Assembly (NCBI GenBank): GCA_044373325.1
Contig: JBILQJ010000003.1
Coordinates: forward strand, 7,188-71,187
Length of the DNA stretch: 64,000 nt
From: Burkholderiales bacterium
Lineage (GTDB): Bacteria; Pseudomonadota; Gammaproteobacteria; Burkholderiales; JBILQJ01
Direction: 5' to 3'
Positions 58,473-64,000 of the stretch are shown in pieces. Made by a program: the position numbers and the translations under genes. Numbering within the stretch: position 1 is the first letter of the stretch; each line of letters opens with the position of its first letter. Under the pieces are notes generated by a model. It ran no database searches. It worked only from the letters and a program-made list of their open reading frames with translations, and was not told the DNA's origin.

Positions 58473-60160
58473 GCATCGCTCCAAATCAACGTGCCAGAAG
58501 CGTGTGTACCTAAATCAGAGGTGTAGCTAAAATCCACTTTTTGATTGTTTAATGTGAGCTGTAATCTGACTTGCGCGGCAGGCGAAATAATCTTTTTGAA
58601 CTTCAGTTTTTTAAGTTCAATCGTAAGTGGTGTATCGGGCAGTTGCGCGCCAAAAAAAAGCTGGCTGTAGCGTTGCGCCCACTCAATTTGCACCACACCT
58701 GGTAAAATCGCTTGCTCCGCAAAATGTCCTTGAAAATATTGCAAATCAACGGGAATGACAAGGTCTAATTGTGCGCATGCCTCGTCAATTATTTGGCTGA
58801 CAATCTGCGGCAAGGTACAGATTTCAGGAGCATTTAATAACTGCAATAACGTTTTTTGTTCCACCTTGCCTTGGCTGTTTAGCGGCATCTGAGCCACAAA
58901 ACGCCAGCGTTTGGGAATGGCAATGCGCTCGATGGTATTTTTGAGCGACAGTTTGAATTCATCAATCAATGCACGCCGCCCTATGCTTGCCAAACGTGTT
59001 GCGCCAGCCGCATTTAAACACAACACAGCGCCCAGCGTGGTGCGTGCAAACTCAAGCACAGCAATCTGCGCATCGTCAATCAATTCATGGTTTTGCAGCA
59101 AGACTTCAACCTGTGTGAGCGAAATGCGCTTTTCTTCAATTTTGACCAAACGGTCTGTGCGCCCGCGTAACGCAAACTTGCCACACGAATCAATGCACGC
59201 CAAATCCGAGGTAACAAACATCGGTTCATCGACATCTAAGTAGTCACTGCGCACGCACAGTTGTTGCACCTCATCAACTAAAACCTGCACTGATGGCAAC
59301 GGCGCAAACAGCGCATCAGCTTGTCTATACGCCACCGCACCTGTTTCGGTACTGCCATAAATTTCAATCGGCGTACAATCCCACAATGCAGCAATCTGCG
59401 CACTATCCGCTGTTTTCAAAACCCCACCTGCAGAAAAGACAACCTGCGGGCGTGGCAAATCTGACCAATCAGATTCATCACTTGCGCGGCTTAAAAACGC
59501 AGGGCTGCTAATCAATGTGTACGGCGCATGCGGCAACGCAAGCAGATTTTCTGGGTAGTTGAGCAAGCGGTTAGAAATGGCGCATCGTCCAACGAGTGGT
59601 AGCAACAATCGAAAAATAAAACCATAAAAATGCTGGTGCGAGACGCTCGCATATACGGGATGCGTGGCGAGTTGCGCGCCAAACTGTTGTTGCAAAACCC
59701 GCACTTCTGTTAATAATTGCCGCATGGTTTTAGCAATCGGGCACGGTTTGCCCGTTGAACCAGATGTAAAGAAAAACGTGCGCACCGTCGGGGCAATATA
59801 GTACGCCGTCAACGTGGGCACGCACAGTTGAATGTCCGCCGTAGACAATTGACTCAGCGCAAAATCGCCCGCAAACGCCACGTCGTATTCGTGTAATGAC
59901 GCAACGGTTGTGGGTAACGCATCACTGGGCAAATAAACATGTTTGCCCGCTTGCCAGGCACCCAATAATGCCACCAAAAATACGCCCGTATCCAAGCAAT
60001 ACAACGCCCAAGTCGGCTCAGGGCGCGCGGCAAACGCCACGCGCCACGCCTCGATGGACAGGCGCAATTCATCCCACGTCACATCGCGCTCGGGGTTGCT
60101 CAGCGCAACGCGGGTGTCGCTTTGGTTTAAAAGATGATTGAATGATTCAAGAGTGTGCAT
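58469..60160 (-). CDS. Adenylate-forming (AMP-ligase) enzyme fused to a C-terminal FabA/FabZ-like hotdog dehydratase (ApeH plus ApeI-like)
   Basis: Adenylation cores FFTSGSTGKPCPIAKT, YGSTETG and GRTDRLVKIEEKRISL. The last ~130 aa carry YFQGHFAEQAILPGVVQIEW, typical of hotdog dehydratases. Start at ATG 60160. Confidence 0.8.
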   Translation of the reverse strand: MHTLESFNHLLNQSDTRVALSNPERDVTWDELRLSIEAWRVAFAARPEPTWALYCLDTGVFLVALLGAWQAGKHVYLPSDALPTTVASLHEYDVAFAGDFALSQLSTADIQLCVPTLTAYYIAPTVRTFFFTSGSTGKPCPIAKTMRQLLTEVRVLQQQFGAQLATHPVYASVSHQHFYGFIFRLLLPLVGRCAISNRLLNYPENLLALPHAPYTLISSPAFLSRASDESDWSDLPRPQVVFSAGGVLKTADSAQIAALWDCTPIEIYGSTETGAVAYRQADALFAPLPSVQVLVDEVQQLCVRSDYLDVDEPMFVTSDLACIDSCGKFALRGRTDRLVKIEEKRISLTQVEVLLQNHELIDDAQIAVLEFARTTLGAVLCLNAAGATRLASIGRRALIDEFKLSLKNTIERIAIPKRWRFVAQMPLNSQGKVEQKTLLQLLNAPEICTLPQIVSQIIDEACAQLDLVIPVDLQYFQGHFAEQAILPGVVQIEWAQRYSQLFFGAQLPDTPLTIELKKLKFKKIISPAAQVRLQLTLNNQKVDFSYTSDLGTHASGTLIWSDA

Positions 60161-60707
60161 GAGTACGACGACGGTATTGGCGGTAAAGCCATTCAACCGC
60201 AAACAAGGCGGCAGTTAATAAATAAGCAATCAAGCCGTTGTACAACGCCCAAATTTTCGCGTCGCCGTACAACGTCGTAGCAATTGCCAGTGCGCCATTG
60301 ACGATAAAAAAGCCGCACCACAAAATAGTTACTTTGCGGGTATATGCAACTGCGTGTGGTGGTAAATTAGGTTCGGTCAGGCGCGCCAGCCGTTCAATGG
60401 CAGTTTGCGGCGTAGCCAAACTGCGGGCAAAAAATACCAAAAAAATCAAATTTACAATCGCGGGATACCACAGTAATAATGCGTCGTTGTTGAAAATGTA
60501 GGTCACCAACACCAACAGCGCGCCGCCCGCCAACCACCATCGCCCAGCCGGCGTTTGAAAACCCAGTAAATAGGCGCGAATAAAAATCACGCCAAACAAT
60601 ACCAGACTCATTTGCATGGGCGAATAATATTGCCGCCCAAAATACAGGGCAAACGGATATGTCGCCGTGATAATCGCAAAGATGACTTTGAGCAATAACT
60701 TCACCAT
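60147..60707 (-). CDS. Integral membrane protein (COG4648-type, ApeG-like)
   Basis: 186 aa with about 5 hydrophobic helices. Sits between the ACPs and the adenylating enzyme, as in APE-type clusters. Confidence 0.6.
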   Translation of the reverse strand: MVKLLLKVIFAIITATYPFALYFGRQYYSPMQMSLVLFGVIFIRAYLLGFQTPAGRWWLAGGALLVLVTYIFNNDALLLWYPAIVNLIFLVFFARSLATPQTAIERLARLTEPNLPPHAVAYTRKVTILWCGFFIVNGALAIATTLYGDAKIWALYNGLIAYLLTAALFAVEWLYRQYRRRTHAHS

Positions 60708-60947
60708 TTATTTGGCGGACTCAAGCGCGGTAATCACATCGCCAATGGTGCGCACGGATTTAAACATTTCGGGCTCAACTTTTTTGCCTGTGATTTTGCG
60801 CATTTTGATGATTAAATCAACCGCATCAATGCTGTCAATGTCAAGATCTTCATACAAGCGCGCTTCAAGCGTGATTTTGTCGGCAGGAATATCAAATAAC
60901 TCTTGCAAAGTTTTGGAAATAGTAGGAAATAAATCTTGGTTGTTCAT
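60708..60947 (-). CDS. Acyl carrier protein 2
   Basis: 79 aa from the internal ATG at 60947 (MNNQDLFPTISK...). Phosphopantetheine-attachment motif DLDIDSIDAVDL. The longer ORF-track version overlaps ACP 1. Confidence 0.8.
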   Translation of the reverse strand: MNNQDLFPTISKTLQELFDIPADKITLEARLYEDLDIDSIDAVDLIIKMRKITGKKVEPEMFKSVRTIGDVITALESAK

Positions 60948-60963
60948 AGGAGTCTTTTCGGGT

Positions 60964-61224
60964 TTAAATCGTGCGTGTGTCATGAACCATTTGCGCCAGC
61001 GTGCTGATGCTGGCGAAGTGTTTTTGGGTGTCTTCAGATTTGGCGGAGATTTGCACACCGTATTTTTTTTGCAGTGCAACGCCCAGTTCGAGCGCATCAA
61101 TCGAGTCCAAGCCCAAGCCTTCGATAAACAAAGGTGCTTGCGTGTCAATCTCGGCGGGCGCGATATCCTCAAGCATGAGGGTGTCAATAATCAGTTGTTT
61201 GAGTTCTAATTCGAGTTCTGACAT
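60964..61224 (-). CDS. Acyl carrier protein 1
   Basis: 86 aa. Attachment motif GLGLDSIDALEL. Confidence 0.85.
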   Translation of the reverse strand: MSELELELKQLIIDTLMLEDIAPAEIDTQAPLFIEGLGLDSIDALELGVALQKKYGVQISAKSEDTQKHFASISTLAQMVHDTRTI

Positions 61225-62003
61225 GGTTGATTTTCTCTAAAATAATGTGTTAATTGCTTGGTTAATAAACGGGCAGACAGCCCTTCGGTGGGTGATAGCG
61301 CGCTCGCAATAAAAAAATCATTTTGCACATCAAATGTAAAGTGCATTTTTTTAGGGGGCATCTTGTACCATTTGTGCGACTTTGATAAGCTCGAAGGTGT
61401 GCATGAAATAAAAATCGGAGTTGGGTTGATATTGCCACGCACCGCGATGTTTGACGCGCCGCGCTTAAGGGTGACAGGTTGCCCCACAATGGTGCGTGTG
61501 CCTTCGGGAAACACAATCAAATTACTGCCATTTTGAATCCGCTCAATACACTGTTTGACCAAGCCGTCCGCATCATCAGAGCGGTTTGGAATATAACGCG
61601 CCGTGCGGGTTGCACCAAACATAAACGGGTTATTAAACAAACTTGCTTTGACAATGCAATCGGCCTGATTGATAAACGCGACCAAAAAAACCACATCAAG
61701 TAACGTCGGGTGATTGGGAATAATCAACAAGCCATTGCGCTGATTTATTTTGTCAAAGCCCGACACATCGTAAGTGAGGATACCAAAAAACCGCATAAAG
61801 CCAATAAAAATACGGAACGTGCGCTGTATGAGGCTGCGCGCTAGTTTTTGGCGACGCGCTAAGTTTGGGATGATAAGGAAACAAGGAAACACCAGCAAAC
61901 CCAATATCAAGCCGCCCATGCCAAACAGCGCAAAGCTCAATGCCGTAAAAGCAAATCGCCAATGGTAATTGAAACGAGTTAAGATAAATGCGACCATTGC
62001 CAC
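61206..62003 (-). CDS. Lysophospholipid/1-acyl-glycerol-3-phosphate-type acyltransferase (LPLAT, ApeD-like)
   Basis: 265 aa. N-terminal TM helices, the NHPTLLD (H-x4-D) motif and the FPEGTR motif. Confidence 0.8.
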   Translation of the reverse strand: MAMVAFILTRFNYHWRFAFTALSFALFGMGGLILGLLVFPCFLIIPNLARRQKLARSLIQRTFRIFIGFMRFFGILTYDVSGFDKINQRNGLLIIPNHPTLLDVVFLVAFINQADCIVKASLFNNPFMFGATRTARYIPNRSDDADGLVKQCIERIQNGSNLIVFPEGTRTIVGQPVTLKRGASNIAVRGNINPTPIFISCTPSSLSKSHKWYKMPPKKMHFTFDVQNDFFIASALSPTEGLSARLLTKQLTHYFRENQPCQNSN

Positions 62004-62686
62004 TCCACGCCGCCCACTACATAATTCAATGCAGATTGTTGATTCAGTACAAATGCCAAAAACGCCAAATCGTTGGACAAGGGTTCATTTGTATCGGTTT
62101 GATGCGCTGTTTGCCAATTAAGCCCGTATTGATTGCCGCGCGTGATTTTAAGTGCAAACGCATACGGTGCATGGCGGGGCTGATTGAGCGCGTGATACAT
62201 CTCGGGCATCATGTCGTCATACACCACCAGCACCACTTGCTCATATTCAACCAAATGGTTTAACGCCTCGATCATCGCCGCGCCAATGCGGTTTTGCCCC
62301 GCCGCCAATGAGGTAATTGGCTGTGTATTGTTTTGTAAAATACTCACGCCTCCGGCCACCGCATTGTGTACAGACAACGCAAAATTGCTCGATGACAGTG
62401 GCTCATGCATTGCCAATTGTTGAAGTAATTTTACCGTGCGATCAAGGTCTCCATGACGCGCACAAAAAATTTGCGGCAAATGTGCACTGTTCTCAATTGC
62501 CTGCGTCACCACATACGCCATGCGGCTTAAGCGATTCATACGGCGTCGTTGCATGGCAGGAATTTCGGGAACATCAGGCGTGCCATCCACATTGGGTAAA
62601 TAGGGTGACTTTGCCCACGCCAGCCAAGCGGCGGGTGTCGTTAAACCAGGTGCCCAAGCGGCGGTTTGTGCAATCGAAAAATTCAT
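61979..62686 (-). CDS. Ketosynthase-like chain-length-factor protein lacking an obvious catalytic Cys (ApeC-like)
   Basis: About 235 aa from ATG 62686 (MNFSIAQTAAWAPGL...). Thiolase-N-like layout with LSSSNFALSVHNAVAG where KS enzymes carry the active-site Cys. Confidence 0.6.
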   Translation of the reverse strand: MNFSIAQTAAWAPGLTTPAAWLAWAKSPYLPNVDGTPDVPEIPAMQRRRMNRLSRMAYVVTQAIENSAHLPQIFCARHGDLDRTVKLLQQLAMHEPLSSSNFALSVHNAVAGGVSILQNNTQPITSLAAGQNRIGAAMIEALNHLVEYEQVVLVVYDDMMPEMYHALNQPRHAPYAFALKITRGNQYGLNWQTAHQTDTNEPLSNDLAFLAFVLNQQSALNYVVGGVEWQWSHLS

Positions 62687-62706
62687 GAGTTTATCCAAAA
62701 TAAGTC

Positions 62707-63354
62707 TTATGCACCATACTTCGCGACGGCGCATATGTGTTGCGCCGTGGTTAAATGCGTGATGCAAATGCCATCCGCCGTGCGCCACTGTGTGTTGTTT
62801 ATTTCAATCAATGATTCAGTGCGCAATGTTGCACCCGTTAGGCCTGTGCCGCGCAGTTTGCCCACAGCTTCTTTTGCGCACCACAGCTGATAAAACGCGG
62901 CTAATGGCTGTACTTGTGCGTGCCACCAATTCAATTCAGCCTTCGTGGCAATATACGTCACCAAATCAGCCAAATTGTTTAAACACGCACGCGGGCGAAG
63001 CTCTTCAATGTCGACACCCAACTCACCCGCGTGGTTCAAGCCAGCCAAAACCATGGTGCTGCTGTGGCTAATGCTCACGCCAGCCGCACATAGTTCTCCG
63101 TGCAAAAACGCTTTCGGTGCACCTGTTGGACTGGGCAAAATACACCAGTCTAAAAAAGAACCGCCCATGTCTTGCATGAGCAGGTTTTTAAGCACCCAGC
63201 GACCCGCGATAAAATTGTGTTGTTGCTTGATGTTGGTGCGACAGCTCAATAAATCACGCTCAGACGCAGTCAAAAAATTCACGCCATGCGCGGCATTGAC
63301 CACGTCATTGATGCTCAAAATGGGCGTAAATAGTGCAGGCATGTTTAACCCCAA
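62707..63354 (-). CDS. Sfp-type 4'-phosphopantetheinyl transferase
   Basis: 215 aa. ISHSSTMVLAG, GVDIEELR and WCAKEAVGK motifs. An alternative ATG at 63342 is possible. Confidence 0.7.
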   Translation of the reverse strand: MGLNMPALFTPILSINDVVNAAHGVNFLTASERDLLSCRTNIKQQHNFIAGRWVLKNLLMQDMGGSFLDWCILPSPTGAPKAFLHGELCAAGVSISHSSTMVLAGLNHAGELGVDIEELRPRACLNNLADLVTYIATKAELNWWHAQVQPLAAFYQLWCAKEAVGKLRGTGLTGATLRTESLIEINNTQWRTADGICITHLTTAQHICAVAKYGA

Positions 63355-64000
63355 CGTTTAAAAATCAGCGAGGTATTGATGCCACCAAACGCGAAGTTAT
63401 TGCTCATCATGTATTCAATGTTCGCGTTACGCATGCCTTGTTGCAAAAATCCCAGCGCAGGCAAACGTTTGTCAATATCGGTTAAATTGATAGTAGGTGC
63501 AAACCAACCCTCGCGCATCATCAAAATTGAAATCATTGCCTCGAGGGAGCCGCACGCGCCCAGCGTATGTCCCATATAGCTTTTAAGCGAGCTGATTGGT
63601 ACGTCACGCTCAAACACCGACCACGTCGCTTGTGATTCGGCAATATCGCCTTGTTCTGTCGCAGTACCGTGCGCGTTGACGTAGCCAATTTGAGCCGCAC
63701 CAATCTGCGCATCTTTGAGCGACAAATGTAACGCTTGTGCCATGGTTTCGGTTTGTGGGTGCGTGACGTGTTTGCCATCGCTATTTGTACCAAAACCAAC
63801 CAGTTCAGCATATATGTTTGCGCCACGCGCGATTGCGTGTTCGTACTCTTCTAAAATCAACGTGCACGCGCCTTCGCCCAAGACCAAGCCGTCACGCTTG
63901 CTGTCAAACGGGCGCGGCGATAAATGCGGAAATTTATTTTGGGTGCTGGTGGCAAATAAGGTGTCAAAAATCGCCGCTTGCGTCACGTCCAGTTCTTCTG
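63345..64000 (-). CDS. Beta-ketoacyl-ACP synthase (FabF/FabB-like), C-terminal part; the gene continues beyond the window
   Basis: NAHGTATEQGDIAE, KSYMGHTLGACGSLE and SNNFAFGGINTSLIF motifs. The reading frame is still open at nt 64000. Confidence 0.85.
   Translation of the reverse strand, partial: EELDVTQAAIFDTLFATSTQNKFPHLSPRPFDSKRDGLVLGEGACTLILEEYEHAIARGANIYAELVGFGTNSDGKHVTHPQTETMAQALHLSLKDAQIGAAQIGYVNAHGTATEQGDIAESQATWSVFERDVPISSLKSYMGHTLGACGSLEAMISILMMREGWFAPTINLTDIDKRLPALGFLQQGMRNANIEYMMSNNFAFGGINTSLIFKRWG

Noticed and set aside
60948-61187. Upstream 80 codons of the ORF-track entry 60708-61187
   Set aside because: That part overlaps ACP 1 (60964-61224) in a different frame and translates to an Arg/Lys/Trp-rich shadow sequence. 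The ACP fold and its DSID motif begin after the internal ATG at 60947.

Overview
This is a chromosomal segment from a Gram-negative proteobacterium. Synteny blocks such as surE-pcm-nlpD-rpoS, thiL-pgpA, lptE-holA, holB-pilZ and aceEF point to a gamma- or beta-proteobacterium; I cannot name the species from sequence alone. All protein calls rest on motif and family recognition by eye from the supplied translations, and no database search or statistic was run.

Positions 0-52 kb are dense housekeeping DNA: mdh, ggt, nupC-deoC-deoB, pgpA, thiL, sbcB, holA, lptE, xthA, an RND pump, zwf, ispD, apbC, aceEF, pagP, carA, surE-pcm-nlpD-rpoS, tcdA, ubiCA, prfB (with its programmed +1 frameshift), prfA, nagZ, lolB, xerC, tRNA-Asn, holB, pilZ, hda and lysS. 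One solitary Type IIG-like restriction-modification gene with a visibly AT-rich central module interrupts this block.

Three things stand out.
1. The motif TTGCGGCCAACCTTTTT / AAAAAGGTTGGCCGCAA recurs about 35 times in the first 52 kb. It appears as head-to-head pairs at gene ends, as single copies, and even inside coding 3' ends. I saw no copy in the last 12 kb. This makes it a candidate DNA-uptake-sequence-like or REP-like genome signature.
2. Positions 52.4-64 kb, running off the right edge, form one minus-strand cluster. It encodes a ketosynthase, a KS-like chain-length factor, a PPTase, two tandem ACPs, an LPLAT acyltransferase, a COG4648-type membrane protein, an adenylating enzyme fused to a hotdog dehydratase, a GT2, an LpxL-like acyltransferase, a thioesterase, a LolA-like protein and an MMPL exporter. 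This is an aryl-polyene (APE)-type lipid-pigment cluster with atypical features and a decayed OmpA-like pseudogene inside it.
3. There are several unusual local arrangements: carA abutting pagP without carB, a T8G8 tract in the carA leader, a prfB-prfA tandem with prfA coupled to an LTXXQ-like periplasmic protein and an orphan efflux adaptor, and a MITE-like palindromic element next to the R-M gene.

I saw no CRISPR array, rRNA, transposase or prophage genes.
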